From Octopus sinensis (taxonomy: Eukaryota), in NCBI RefSeq assembly GCF_006345805.1, contig NC_043004.1, positions 21,638,001-21,702,000 of the forward strand: a DNA stretch of 64,000 nt, in the 5' to 3' direction. How positions within the stretch are numbered: the first letter of the stretch is position 1; every line of letters starts with the position of its first letter. Shown here one piece after another: positions 25,917 to 41,620 of this stretch. The notes beneath the pieces were generated by a model. It was not told the origin of the DNA and ran no database searches. It was given only the letters and a program-made list of their open reading frames with translations. Position numbers and translations under genes: made by a program.

Positions 25917-25964
25917 TCACCCCTCCACCACACACACACACACACCACACACACACACACACAC

Positions 25965-25999
<35 letters not shown>

Positions 26000-26000
26000 G

Positions 26001-26135
26001 AGAGTTTTCTTTTAAATTTCTGTCTACGAAATCCACAAAACTTTGTTCGGCCCGAGGCTAAAATAGAAGATACTTGCCGATGATGCTACGCAGTGGGACT
26101 GAACCCAGAACCACGTGGTTGGGAAGCAAACTTAT
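26001..26135 (-). mobile_element. 5' part of the ~410-bp SINE (decayed)
   Basis: gcagtgggactgaacccagaaccacgtggttgg matches the reverse-complemented head of the family. Confidence 0.75.
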
Positions 26136-26496
26136 ATAAGTTAGCTTTCTTCAAACCCTTTGGTTTTATTTGCATACTTATTTCATAACATGAATACGCA
26201 TGAACACAATTACATAACTTGAAGGAAATATTGATAATTAAACTTCTGGTCAAAGACTGATCGCATTTATCCAGGTACCTGTTAATGGCTTACTACAACA
26301 ATTGAATTATGTATACACTACGTAGTTAAACTGTCACTCTGTGCGCGCACATGCATCTGTGTACCTTCGGGTGTTATGGCTTGTGTGTATATGTGGTGGT
26401 ACGTCTGTTCTTTCTATTCAATCTCCGAATCAAAGCCCATCATCAATGAAAACATGAAGTAGAAAAATAATCAATAAACTGAAATTATCCACAAGA

Positions 26497-26830
<334 letters not shown>

Positions 26831-27603
26831 AATGGAAGCAACTTCTATTCTCCTCTCACTAAATGCGCACTGCTAGATAGCTTCCTACAAACATACATAT
26901 ATACATACATAAATACACACATACGTAGTACGTACATATGCATATACATACATGCGTACGTACGTACATACGTACATACATACGCGAGTGCGTAAATACA
27001 CCACTGGTTATATACACGCACACGTATGTATATATATATATACATATATATATATATTATATATATATATGCAATCTCTACATTCTCTTTTTTTTCTCTT
27101 CTCCTCTTCCTCTTTCTCTCTCTTTCTCTGTGTGTACACACGTGTGTTTTTACACGTATGTATATATATACATATATATATATATGCAATCTCTACAGTC
27201 TCTTTTTTCTCTTCTCCTCTTCTTCTTTCTCTCTCTTTCTCTGTGTGTACTCACGTGTGTTTTAATATTCATATTTGTGTTATGAGTTACCCGTCATAGA
27301 TAAAAATAAAAGGTGAATAGAAAAATATGTAACTAATGCTTTCCTAAGTGGCGTTATATAATGAAATATGTCATTTCACTCCTTACAAAGTTGGCATATG
27401 TCTTTTCTCAGTCACTTTGTCGTCATTTCTACTTTTTTTTTCTGTTATTGCCAACTTTGTATTTCCCACTTTTTACTGACAGGATGTCTTGGAGTCTTTT
27501 CAGCAGAAAGTATCTAGAAATATTGTGTAATTCATCACATGTCTTCTCGTTAATACACACATATGCAGACACACACACATACACATACATACAAGCACAC
27601 ATG

Positions 27604-27634
<31 letters not shown>

Positions 27635-27869
27635 ATACCCAGACACACATAACCACGCAAATATCAGTATATTTTAATAACAAACGAACAAATAAAAACA
27701 TGATGGGAGAAACACAGTAAAGAAAATTATTTTAAGTATAGAGTAATGTGACAAATACACTGAAAAAACTTGCAAAAACTTAAACTATAAATAAAATATA
27801 AAATAAAAATGCATCAATAATATTCCTTGAAAATGATATATACACGTAGGCGATATACGTTCATATTTA

Positions 27870-27910
<41 letters not shown>

Positions 27911-28039
27911 CACACGATATATATTTCATAACCATTTACACATGCACATTGAATTATAAATTCCTATTTGTCACACAAGCAATCTCCAATATATACATCA
28001 TATATAGTTGTGGTTTTAACGAGAAACGAAATTTGGTAC

Positions 28040-28205
28040 TCATATACGTATATATATATATATATATGTGTGTGTTTGTGTGTGTATATATATATATATG
28101 CATACATATATATATATGTATATATGCATACATATATATATGTATAAATATATGCATACATAATATATATATATGTATAAATATATGCATACCTACATAT
28201 ATATA

Positions 28206-28276
<71 letters not shown>

Positions 28277-28337
28277 GGATATATATATATATATATATAT
28301 ATATGCATATATATATATATGCATATATATGCATATA

Positions 28338-28382
<45 letters not shown>

Positions 28383-28440
28383 ACATACAGTCACACATAC
28401 ACGCACACGTATATATGTATATATGTACATAATTGTGTCT
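28040..28440. repeat. (TA)n-rich microsatellite block
   Basis: Near-pure TA/CA dinucleotides. Confidence 0.95.
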
Positions 28441-29864
28441 ACATATTGATATTGGTAAACAACAATGCACACATTGATGTATACAAAAATTCAAAGTATC
28501 GTGGACTTTCTATGGTACATTTTTAAAAATGTGTGGCAGTTAAGTCAACAACTTGTTGATGGCGCTCAAATACTAAAAAGAAGATGTACATTTGCGTAGA
28601 CGTTCAATTTAAATTGTGAGTTGTTTAGCCATGCAGTCTCTGTATTTGTACCGCACATACGAAAATGTTGCCTCTCATTTTAATGTTTTAATTCACAAAG
28701 CACAGTTGTTTTTATTCATCGGACATGTTTGTCATTTTCCAAAGATGTGAATAGGTCTGGTACTCTTCGTGTCTGCTACCTCCGATAGGGTGATCAGGAG
28801 TCGAAGGTTCGTGCAGACCTAACGTGATTGCGTGTGGTTACGGCTATGTTCATTCGCCACTATTTTGTACTATAGCGCAAAGTTGAGAAGCCAAGAGGAA
28901 TATCCATGACATTATCATTGGCGAGAGCCTCCGCTAACACACCTTTTGATAAGCCCTCTCCTCTATTATTTTATTAAAACTGTACTACGTGGCCACATTC
29001 CTTATCGTTCATGGATAAATCAATCAACCAAAACCTATCTGGTCGGTTTCTCGTTTGTCTTTTTGGACTTAATTCGAATATTTGTTTATGACCCCAAAAT
29101 ATTTACAGATATAATTTTATTGTTGGTATATTCGTTGCTGTTTCGATTGTTTATATTTTACCATTCAGTCAACATTTCCTACACTATCATTTATATCTAT
29201 TATTGTACAAGTCTGTTTTCTTGATTCAGTTTTTGTTTGTTAATTTGTTTGTTTGTTTGTTCCTGGGTGAAGAGAGGTTGTTTTTTACGTAATGTTACCA
29301 CCAGCATTGCAACAAACACTTTCTACAATTACTGTGGTTACCATTTTGTAATGCATATGAACGTTGCAAATAGCAGTTTTCCAATAATGTTAAACAATAT
29401 TTAAATGCCTGAATAGAAGCATTTGGTCTTCCAAATTATTTTAAGAATTATAGTAGTTTAAAAAGACTTTTGTAAGGCAATCTTGATAAAATATATTTTG
29501 TACGTGGAACTCTCGGAAACATTACTGTTCACAGTGAACAGTAATGTGGATGGTGATGATGACACTGATAATAATGATAATAAATAATAACATTGTCCTG
29601 TTTAGTCTAGACATAATAACAAATGATTATTAAAAATATCCTAAAGTCAAGTGTTTTATTGATTACCACAACGTACGATTCCATTCTATCGTATTTATTC
29701 ATTTATTTTAATCTTTAACTTTATGTATAAAAGAAAAAAACAGAAATTCACCTTTGGATATTAAAGTAGATAAGTAAATTTGTGTTGTAGTATTTTAGCC
29801 TAAAATTTTGTGTTCTCTCACTTATCGATTCCACTGTTTATTTTACACATACACATAGGCACGC

Positions 29865-29934
<70 letters not shown>

Positions 29935-30079
29935 TGAACATAATTCATTTTATTTATTCAGTTTTGCCAAAATAAGTTAATAACCTTGTCTGCAATTATC
30001 TATCCAATAATGTAATGAAAGTACTGCTTTTCCCATAAGTTGCTGCCTTTAGGGTAATATTGCCGCACTTTATTTTCAA

Positions 30080-30900
30080 TAAAGAACCGTAGATTATTTG
30101 AAAACATCCATTTCTTTTGTTTAGAGAAATGAGTCAATATATTTAGCAGATCTTGGCCAAATACTTAGGATAGCAATGCTTACCTACGGCACTTCTCCTC
30201 TGTAAACTTTATAGTTCTGCGAAGTTAAATACCTCACTCTTCTACAGAATATATTACTCTCTGACAATAAGTAGCAATAAGTCTTGGTTGAGTGTTGCAA
30301 GTCGCTGGAGTTATTAAGATGTCAGCCTTCTAACGAAACGAGTCAACATTTCTTCACCCATTATCGGTTTAATACTGAATAACTACTACATACAATTCAC
30401 TAGTAGATAAGTCAACGTATTGTTGTTTAAGATAGTATGGGGAACTGCAGCATATTGCACCACGTTTCAAGTATATCGTTAAAGTGGGAATCTTTTCATT
30501 TTCTTTAAATTGATGGAGGGAAGGTAATACTCAGCTTTCCAGAGCTACACCGATCATACTAAGCTTAATCCGTTGGTTAAGTCAACATAATTTTCAGTTT
30601 GAAATATTGGTAGAAGATCAATAAATAGATGGAAGAGTTTAAAAAAACACACTTAAGTGGAGCAAAGCTTCAGCAGAGGCTTTCAAGAATCCTAGCAGTA
30701 ATAAAGTAAGATGTCACATCATTGGCACAGTTTGTGTAGTAATAATGAGACCTTGCTCAACATCTATAGAATTACATATATGTTCTTGATTATCAATAAG
30801 CTCAGTTGTGCGAGATCTAGTTTGTAATTTAGATATTATCTCCTCCATGACCAGTATATTTTAAACCTATCTTCATTGGGTTTCCATTCGAAAGCCTTTA
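30080..30900 (-). mobile_element. Highly decayed Penelope-like reverse transcriptase fragment
   Basis: Ordered motifs across shifted frames: TLPSIY*SSTNISKL (cf. LPSYIKDSTDFLNKL), ILNNNTLTY, IMGEEM (cf. AMG..MAP), KYIDSF (cf. RYIDD). Weak, by-eye similarity only. Confidence 0.3.
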
Positions 30901-31539
30901 ATTATTTTCAGTCTATTCCAGGATATGATGTTACTGTTTCTAATTATATCATACCAAGAAAGCTTAGAGAATGTGAAAATGACGAATGCATGAGTAGTAG
31001 TCAAAGTCCGTATGCGTCTACAATTCCGTTTGATACAAACACATCGCTGTCATCAAACAAACATCATACGCTGTTTCTTGCTACTGATTATTTCTGTCAT
31101 TTAACACTGAGCTGTATCCTTATCCATCGTGTTGGCAGCAAGTGAAGCTCCATAAACACAATAGGTTTCCTTTACTTAAGTATTGACTGGTTAATACTGA
31201 CGCGAATCTAGACTACATAAGTAGAGAAAACATATCATGGAAATGTAACAGTCTCTAGCTTTAGGAAATTTGTATTGTGGCGGCTTGCTCAAAATGCTTA
31301 GAAGAGGTCTTATCTTAAAATCAAATTCTTATATAAATGTTTACAGTAGGGAAAGATATCTCCCTTCTCATTGCTTGAATTTAGTAGGATGATAAAGTAA
31401 TGGAAAGAGAAATGACGAAGGAAGTTTATAAGTTCCAGAATAAAATTACGAAGGTGTTTGAAACAAAATTAAATGGAGATTGTGTTATCAAGTCAATCAA
31501 TACATGTGTCGTTCTAGTATTGATATACTCTGCTCTTAT

Positions 31540-32500
31540 TTCTAAATAGACAATAATAGAACTACAGGAATTAAATACAAGAAATGGGAAGGTGATTCCC
31601 ATGCATAATGAACACCACATAGGCTCTTTCTTCAAAGAGGTAGCGACTTGGTAAACCAATGACTACTGTGATATTGTCTTTGAAAAACTATTGGGTACTG
31701 CGAAGAAAGAATACCAACATGGCACAAAATATTTTTTAAAAATCCCATAAAATGTAAGATAATTAAAGAGCAGAAGGAAGAACGACAGGACAAATTGTAT
31801 GAAAGAGTAGGATTTACGACAAATTCATGCAACAAATGGAGGGTGCTGGAAATAGAGAACGCTTCTTGTGTGAGACAGGTGGAAACCTGAAACAAGAAAC
31901 TGAATCTCTAATTATTAAATGTTCATGAACAAAGTATTAGAACGAACTTAATAAAGACAGACCGTGACGGTAAAAAAGGGCGTTAGGGTAGTCGATTTTG
32001 AGTTTCAAGTGGCAGCAAAATAGCATGAACACAAGCCAGAGACTTTGGTGTGGAATGATAACTAAAGGATTTTCTGGGACCTCTGCGTAAAGACTGACTA
32101 TACTGTAGATATTATTGTAGGGGACAAAAATATTTAAGAATATAGATTTTGCAATTCTATACAAAGAAATCGAAAACAACTGAAAAATAAATCTATCATG
32201 CTCTAGAAAGAGAGATGAAGAAATTGTAGAAAACAAAGGTGATAATTGTTCCTGTGGTATTTGTTTCCCTTGGCACTATACCCAGACTGTTGCTTAAGAG
32301 ACTGAGGAATTTTGGAATTGAAACATTGTCAATCTCCGGGAAAGCGCAATTCTAAAACTTGAAAAAATTCTAAGAATCATTCTTGAAACTTGAGGACATA
32401 TGTTGTCACCAAACCTCAAGGTAACATCCTTGCTAACAACAACAACAACAACAACAGCAACAATTACTATTATAACGATAATTATAATTATAATAATAGC
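31540..32500 (+). mobile_element. Decayed R4/Dong-type (RLE) LINE 3' fragment
   Basis: GNLKQETESLI, HEHKPE, IFWDL, KVIIVPVVFVSLGTIP motifs, ending in (AAC)n/(AAT)n at ~32435-32500. Confidence 0.75.
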
Positions 32501-32691
32501 GTAGCCTAGATAAATATTAGTAAACTATTTAATGAAGTAAGTTCGAGAATATCAGTTCGTAGACTCTTTGACTAACAGCTACTGTTGCAACAAAGTTAGT
32601 GGAACTTTTAATCATTGATAGTATGTACTGAGTAAACATCTCAGAGAGATTTGAATTACAAACACCATACATGAGTTTAATATAACAATAC

Positions 32692-32744
<53 letters not shown>

Positions 32745-35039
32745 TCATTTTATATATGGTATCAGTGTATTCATATCTTCTATAGCTATTCAATACAGAA
32801 GCTATATCAATTTACGGAGATAATGGCTAAACGACAATGCATTTGCTTTCCGTTTGTACAACAACCAGATTTATTTGTACTTCAGAAGTGTGGTGGAGAA
32901 TCAGAAAAGTGGGTGAGAAAGTTACGGCAGTAATTGTTATATAAATATAAACGTTCCGTACTTGTGACGATGACGATTGAAATTAATTGTTTGAATTGCG
33001 ACAGAAATAGCAACTCCACATTTTTTGTGAAATATAGGAAGATTGATTGGAATCACATAAAATTATTAAATAAATACAAATATGTGGAAGTATTTCTAGA
33101 ATATGCCATTTACAAACTTTTAGATTGCTAAAGAGGGGAGCAAAATGGAGAAATACAGTGAAAAGCAATTACAAATGAACACCAGAACATGTCTTCTGGG
33201 ATGAAATGCCGCCAGCAATACGAAATGTGAGCCCTTACTTGTGTATCACCACAAAAGCCAGAGGTTTTAAACGTTTATGCAAAGTGTATTTTACCTCTGA
33301 TTTAACCTTCGAAAAAGAGGTCATGGATAGTCTCTTTTCCCCCCATCCCTGTCTTTTGGTATACAATAACAGCGTTTGATATATTTCCGGCACGATGTAT
33401 TACTTCTTTCAACTCAATGACTTATCTGAGAACTTTCAAATAACTTATGAAAGCAGCAGACAGCATGACTGAACCTACAGTTAGTCTGGAAGAAGTTCCA
33501 CACAGTCATGGGATGAAGTGAAACCGTCATCGTATTATGGTGCTTGAAAAGGTATATGTCAAGCCTATATATGTGACATTATGAGTATTCTACAAGCAGA
33601 AAGCCTGCATCAAACTGGGGAAAATATTGGCATTCGTAAATGAAGTAGTGTTTGAAGAAGCCATAGAGAATAACGAAGTTGAATTTTTCGATTACCATAT
33701 AGAAAGTTTATCGAGAAGATGAGGCTTTTGGAATGAGAGCAAGCTGAAAATAGAAATGAGAATGCGGAAATTCCTCCAAATCCCCTTTAAGATGATGGCA
33801 GAGAATATTACTAAAGTATTGGCACACATAAGGAAAGGTCTTATTTTGGCTGGTAACAACCCTAAGAACGAGTACAACAAAAGTTAAGGGAGCAGTTTAC
33901 AATGATCTCCGTTCCCACACTAAGTTATAAATAATAAGAGATAGTGTTTTATAAACATCATCAATTTTGGATGTTATTCGCTCCATCAAGGAGATGTTGA
34001 TGACGATAAACTGTAAGATGGAAAACAGTGTCTCTCACCCTCTCAGTAACTCTCATTCAATCATCACCCCCTTAAGTATCTTTTGTGATATGATACTTAT
34101 TTATTTCCTAACGTATTTCCCTTCAAATATTTTTATATAACACATTCCTGGAAATTGATTTCATACTGAAAGGCGATCATGTTGCTTGCTTAGCTTTTGT
34201 TCTTCCATCGGAGCTCATTCTCACCTTCTAATATAAAAATCAATGGAAAAACTAATTTTTCGTTACGTGATTTTTATATAAATATATCCCTGGAAATGAT
34301 CTTTTACAGAAAAGTGATCGTGTTGCTTCCTTAGCTTTTGTTCTTTCGTCCGAACTCATTCTCGCCTTATAATATGAAAATGAATGGGGAAACTAATTTT
34401 TCATAACGGGATTTCATGTTACAGCTAACTTTTTCAGGAACTCATTACTTTTGTAACGCGGATGATCTCATTACATCATTTTGAAATTTTATTGTTTGTT
34501 TTCTAGCAGAAATATTAATATGTCAAATCCCTACCCATTGTTTAGAGTAAAATATAGGTTTTGTAATATTTAATCGAAGTTCAAACTTGTATATCACATA
34601 TGCTTTATATTTCGAACTTATTTTGAACTTTAGAATATCTACAAAAGACAGAAATATAAGACTGCAGTGGCTATAGAAATCTATAGCATCTATAATATAA
34701 ATACATAGGATATATGATATAAAGTATATATGATATATATGCACGCACACACGCGAGCGCACATATTTATGAAGTTACTTCTTATCATGCATACCTGCGA
34801 GAGTAGATGTAACATACAGCGCGACTCAATTTTTGCAACTGAAGATGGCACTGTATTTAAATTGATGTAATGCTTGCATTGTTCAATTAAATGGAGCCAC
34901 TTGAAACGATCGTATTGCATTAATACCTGAAATCCTGTTACTTATTTGATCTTATACATCTTACTTGGAGCTGTGTGGATAATACCGGAGTAACTTGGTG
35001 CCTCAACTTATGCACCTAATTTAACTGAATCTTAATTAT

Positions 35040-35225
<186 letters not shown>

Positions 35226-35916
35226 TCTCCATAATATATACCATTCTTATGTGTTCGCTATAAAAATCTATGGATTAATTAGCGAATCGCTAATGTGTAT
35301 ACAAAACATTAATATCGACAGCCGTGTGTAATGTTTTACCAAAAAGGAAAACTATAACTCTAACTCAATATGACTAGGGTGTTAGAACACCTACATTGCC
35401 AGAAATAAGAGCTGAAAAGCCCTAATGCTGTTGTTAAAACACATAATTGTTAACATATATACTGACAGGGACTGATGGGGCTAAGGGATTAACAGAAACT
35501 GACCAATCAGTATAGAGAATTCTCGATCGGTGCATTCGGGTGATTAGAGTGTCTGTCTTATATGTATACAATAATGTGCTTATATATATATATATATATA
35601 TATGTACATATATATACATGAGGGATTTTCTGTGAAGCATTGTAAGGTATGATGTAAAGAATATAGTTGTTTAAAGCCGGGAAAATATTACAAGATACAA
35701 AGTTTGTTTTTCCAACCACCGCTTTTCCGAGGGTCCCGAAGAAAGGGGTCTTCACCTCGAAATATAGAAATACAAGGCAAAACTGAACTTTGTGCTGTCT
35801 TGTTTTCTATTTGTAGTTTACTTTTTACCTTCTCGCATTGTTCCTACTTTACACAACTACATTTTTATATATATACATATACAAACATATATATATATAT
35901 ATATAATATATATATA

Positions 35917-35969
<53 letters not shown>

Positions 35970-36041
35970 AACACACACATATATATACACACAAACATAT
36001 ATATATATACAAACATATATATATATATATATGTATATACA

Positions 36042-36095
<54 letters not shown>

Positions 36096-37409
36096 CATGT
36101 ATATACGGAAGCGTTTACGTGAGTTATTACCATTATGTTCTTGAAGTACGTCATTCCTCTTTATTATTTTAAGATTCTACTTATAATATTGTATAATATT
36201 TATAATATTTGTAATATCTATGTATTTCCTTTCTCTTTGTAGTGTAGGTACTGTATAATGATGGTAGTTTAGTATTCTGACATTCCTGACCGAATATATT
36301 ACCATCAAATACTTCCTAGCTGTCATAAACTTTCTATTATTATTAGGTTCCTGGGTGCTGTTATTGTCGATTTCATTATTAATTGTAATATTTATGTATT
36401 ATATTAATATTGCCCCTTTATTAAGTAAGGTAGTTCCTTCAAAATTTAAGTTTTCAAATTTAAAGTTTTCTGCGCAATACATAGATGGATGCCATCAAAA
36501 CCATTATTCTTGAGCGTTAACAAACGTCAGGTTGTCATATCAGAGAACCACTCTGGCCCGTCTTTGTTTATAACTAAGCAGAACAGTAATTTCACAGAAC
36601 ATGGAATTTAGTAGGGATAGTTACTGGATAAAGGAGTGTTCACTTGTTTATTCAAGCATTCTTTGAATGACAAGCTGTCAACTGCATCCCACAAAACTTC
36701 GACATTGACGTCTTTAGATACGTCTGGATTTCAACCGTCACTAATATATACGTTTTTGTAATTATTCGTGTTGTTAGACTATTTGATATCCAGTTTGACA
36801 ATCTTTATTTACACGAACAATGAACACAGGAAATTTCGAGATATAGCTTAGCTGCCTGTAGAAATGCAAGTAAAAAAATCCTAAGAATACATCATGTTAT
36901 AACGTTTTTATTACAATAGTTTGTGTATTGCCTAAGTGATACGACTAGAATTAATGAGGTAGTTTAATCAAGGTTGAAAGTAATAAAATTGTTTTCCGCC
37001 AGAAGAGAAATATTAACAGTCCATAAAATAGTCGAAAATTTCTTGGCACAAATCTCCGTTTTATGATTGTTTCGGAGACAAAGTAAATAATGATAGACAG
37101 CAGTAGTAATTCTAAAATATCTTAACTTCTTAAAACTACATATTTGAATCACGATGTATTTTTAAACAAAAATAGATAATAACGCGCGAAAAATTATTAA
37201 ACTTTACCTTAATAAGCCCTAAAATATAACACAATATGGTTGTTATAGATATTGAAAGTACTAATATTATTAGTAAACGATTATTTATTTCAAAATAGAC
37301 AGAATTACTATACGTGAAGGGTCTTTTTTATGTTATATCTTTATATAATGGTAGATGGAATAAACTAACATTGTAGTTCAAATTGACTTTACCCATTTTC
37401 GTAGTAATT

Positions 37410-39120
37410 CATATAAAAAATTATTACTATTATTTAATGAAAACTCTCAACTTATTTTACTGGGTATGGCAGAAAGTGTCAGCTGTCCACAGCCAGCAGA
37501 CTAAGGTGACACTTGATTACTGATCATGACTAAAGAACCCTGCGAAGATTTCTTGCAGATTTTTTACCTTTACATTTGTACCAGTCTTTTTGAGCCATGT
37601 TGGTAGTTGAGTGCTGATACTTCTAAGTGCGCCAGTTACTATTGGTATCACATCTACTCTCCTCATTAACCGCAACTTTGTATTTCCCTCTTCACATCGT
37701 CGTAGTTCATTCTTCTTCTTTCTCTTTGATCCTGCTGTCACCGGGACATGCTCTGCCGATTATCATGCATGCTCTTTCTTGTTCATTCACCACAACAATA
37801 TCCGTTTTCCGATGTCTGATCAAGTGGCCGCAATGAATCATTGAATACCACAGGATTTTGCAATTTTCATTCATCGTGACTCCTTCTGGGCTTTGCTCAT
37901 ACCACGTCTTTGCTCTTTGTAGGCCGTAATATCCAAAGAGCTGCCAATAGATCATCCTTACTACATTGTCATGTTATCTGTGTATTCGTGTTGTGCCAAT
38001 TTCGAGCATTTCCTGACGATGTCATACCGCTTCACTACACATTCTGTATTTGTCGCACTCGATAGTGTTGTCGATTCTGCACTTCGCATAGTTAGTTCTT
38101 AACGCTTGTTCTGGTGCTGCGCATACAAGTGTTTCTGTCTCTATCTTCAGGTCACTCCTCTACATCCATAGTTTCGGGCTTCAGTATTTGTCTTGGCGTT
38201 CGTATCACTTACAAACTGACCGTATATTTTTTCTCCTTCCACACTGTTTCTTTTTTTTTGCGTGTGTTCTGTTCCTCTTTCAGGTTTTCTTCTTTACACA
38301 ATTATCAATTTTAATGACGCTGGACTTCTACACATGTTTCAACAAGGGTTCCACAGTATTTTTTTACACGCTACCCTCAGCTGTTTTCTTCTGCTTCGAC
38401 AAATCCTGGCAACTGATCACATCTCCCACCCTTTCTTCTAGACAATTACAGCCTATCGGTGTCATTCTTTGTCTCCGTGCACTGTGAATATTTTTCTTGT
38501 CTTCGTATCCATGTTCATCAGTTCTTTCTTTATCATTTTATGATTCCAGCTCCATACCGGAGTTATGCTGTCATCCATGTATCAGCTGCATGAATTTTAT
38601 TCCACTCGGTCAATTTTGAGCGCAATACCAATTTTAGTCTTCGGAAATAATCCATCCTCAGTTGTTCTTTCATTGCTCTCTCCAAGATTTTGTTGAACTC
38701 TTATGTAGCCTTCCTTTTCAATTTGTTTCATCAGTTCTCTTTTAGGTAATTTTATTCCTGCTAGGGACTTAACTGCCTCTTTTCAGGTGCATTATTCAAC
38801 ACTTCTTGAGTCCGAATCCCATACTAATATCGGCACTAAAACAGTGGACCGTATTCAACAAAGAACTCACTTGTGCCTCAGACTTGTCATTCAGCTTCAA
38901 AAGACCTATGAAGAGGAGGTGATTGATTGTTTGAAATTTTCCCTTTGGCTGATATCCCAGGTTCATTTTCCTAACTACCAAATCAGAGAGATCATTAGGG
39001 AACAAAAAGCAACGGACATAATCTATTACCTTGTAAAGTCTCTGTTCTGGTGCCCTGGGTGCCCAAACGTTTTCCATAGGATGTCAACTCAGTTTTCCAT
39101 TCCACCAATACTTCATTACC
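37410..39120 (-). mobile_element. R4/Dong-type LINE, 5'-truncated (RT C-terminal half, zinc knuckle, RLE, 3' UTR)
   Basis: INHLLFIGLLKL..FSADISMGFGLKKC (RT), IETETLVCAAPEQALRTNY, HLIRHRKTDIVVV (RLE PD region), AAT-rich tail near 37405-37435. Confidence 0.85.
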
Positions 39121-41225
39121 AGTGAAATAAGGTAACACCTCTTAGTTTTCGAGCACTTTCCGAGGTATTCGAGTGGTTCGAAGCAGTGCTGTTTACTGCA
39201 AGTGCTCCACCCTTATTGCAGCCCCTATTTGTTCCACGTACTTCTCGAGAAATTTGCTCACTGTTCCAAGGGCACCGACAGTTATTGGTAGTAGTTTTTC
39301 CTCGACCAAAACTGCTTACCTTCCCAAGCTAAACTTTCATATCTTTCAACTTTTCTTCCTTATCGCACTTCTTGTTTTCAGCTGGGCATGCTATATATGT
39401 GATACTGCATAGTTTGTTTTCTTTCTCAATTAAGACTATGTCTGGCTTCCTATTCTCAATCTCATGGTCGCAGTGAATCATAAAATCCCATAGGATCATT
39501 GCATTTCTATTTTCGACGATGCCTTCAGGTTTGTGGTCGTACCAATTTTTTGCTCTGTCAAGTCCATACTTGTTGCAAACTGTACAATAGGCAAGCATGG
39601 CTATATTGTCGTGACGTCTCTTATATTCCTTCTGGGCTATTACATTGACTGGTAATATGCCATACGGTTTCACCTTTTTTTCCACAGATTCTGCACTTAT
39701 CACTTTTTGCTGTGTTGTCTATTTTGTATTTTATGTAGTTTGTTCTTAGTGCTTGCTCTTGGGCAGCACAAATTAGAGCCCCTGTTTCCGGTTTTAAATC
39801 ACTTTTAGCCATTCAGTTTTAGTCGCCCAGGTTTTGATAGCTTCGATCTTATTCCATCCGTTTAATTTCGACTTAAGGATCAGTTTCACTCTGCGCAAGT
39901 ACTACACCTTAAATTTTTCCTCAATTCTTTCTCCATCAATTTATCCATTTCCCAAATCCCCAAGTGCTTATAACTCGTCTCTTCTCTCTGCTTCCTAACT
40001 TTCCCCGACAATATCGTTAGCCCGTCCATATATTTGATTTTGCCTCGTTTCAAGTCTAACACATCACACTTTCTCAGTCCGAACTCCATTCTGATATCAG
40101 CATTAAAGGTACACGCCGTATCAACGAGGGAACTGACTTGGGCTTCATCTTAACCATAAAATTTGAGGTCAACCATAAATTACAAATGGTTGACTTTTTG
40201 TTGGCGGCTTTTGAATACATATCCAGCTTTTGCTTTCCTCAGAATCAGTGTTAGTACTATCGATCACAGTACAAAGATCAGTATGGACAGGCAGTCCCCT
40301 TGGAAGACGCCCCTCCTAATTTCTGCAATCCCTAAACTTCTTCCGTATGCTGTCAGATCCGTCCTTCAATTCGCTATACTTTTTCCAAGCAATCGCTCAG
40401 TATTCGATGCAATACCAAATAGGTTCATACACTCCATAATCAAAGAAAGTGGGATCACATCGTACGTGTTACGATAGTCGATCCACAACATGGCTAATTT
40501 ACTTTCCCTCCTCTTGCAGTCTTGTCTATCAGGAGTTGATCCTTGGTATCTCTGCACTTACGCTTACAACCCTTCTGCACATGTGGCAGGACTCCATTTT
40601 TTTTCCAGATGTTCATACATTGACCCTCTGAGTATTCCAGTCAATAACTTCCACATAAGTGGCAAACAGGATAACGGCCTGTAATTGTCTACCATATTGC
40701 CTTTTTCGGTGTTTTTCAGGCACAGCACTGTCCTACCCAGTGTCAAACACTCTGGTGTTACTTGGTCAGCATTTAACAAATTGTTGAGTTTCGCAGCTAT
40801 TCGTGCATGGCATTCACCAAATCTTTTGATCCAGTAGCCCTGAATTCCATCTGGTCCCGAGGCCTTCCAGTTGCTCATTTTGTTTGCTGATTTCCTTCCC
40901 TTCCCTATCTGAAATAAATAGTTCTGCCTGTTTTGGACAGACTACTGTCTATTTCAGTTCTTGCAACATTTCAGTATCCTTCTTGTGCTCCTTGTCTTTG
41001 CTTCAGATGTCACACCAAAACCTTTGACTTTCAGTGTTATCTGGTATTAACTTTTCATTTGTACAGTCTCGAATTTCTACTCTAAATATTTATTCTTTGG
41101 TCGTATCTTAACATCTTTGATTCTTTGCAACAAGGCGCTTTTTCAGTTCCTCCACTACTATTTTCAGGGCCTTTCTTTCAATATACTTCCTTTTCAGCGC
41201 CCTTGTTTTTGTTCGCTCGTAAACT
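39121..41225 (-). mobile_element. R4/Dong-type LINE, longer fragment with an internal deletion
   Basis: NWKASGPDGIQGYWIKRF...NYRPLSCLPLMWKLLTGIL (RT N-terminal), MEFGLRKC, LKPETGALICAAQEQALRTN..CRICGKKGETVWHITSQC, RRHDN..ILWDF..RKPDIVLI (CCHC and RLE). Confidence 0.9.
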
Positions 41226-41620
41226 CCCCTTTCTCTTTTCGGTTTTTGCTCGCACCATTTCTGTCCTATCACAACCGTACTTCTCACGCAGTCTTCTGTG
41301 AACAAACGTAGCTAAGTTATTATGCCTCATTTTCTATTCTTTTTGGGCCAGTTTGGTATACTCAAAAGCGAAACTATATGTGAGATTGTTTCGATTTTAC
41401 TGCCATACATTTTTCAGAGGGAGACATTATTGTTTTTTTTATTTGAATTTGGTGTAATTAGTTCTCAGAGTTTGTTCATGGGCGCTGCATATCAGTACCT
41501 CAGTGCATCCTTCCAAATCACTTTTCATTAGCCATCGCCAGATATTGGTCTAGTCTTCCTTTCCATTTTTCTGAAGTATAGCCCATGCTTCATTTTCAGG
41601 ATAATTTCATTTGCAGAGAT
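41226..41620 (-). mobile_element. Internal R4/Dong-type fragment (zinc-knuckle region only)
   Basis: WRWLMKSDLEGCTEVLICSAHEQTLRTNY...RHNNLATFVH...KYG; stops abruptly at WCEQKP. Confidence 0.75.

Noticed and set aside
28500-28940. Possible Tc1/mariner N-terminal remnant
   Set aside because: Only vague similarity; no TIR pair or catalytic motif could be confirmed.
33400-33900. Possible decayed RTE-type RT (TEPTVSLEEV.., KGKGLILAGNN)
   Set aside because: Motifs too eroded to call by eye; needs a profile search.
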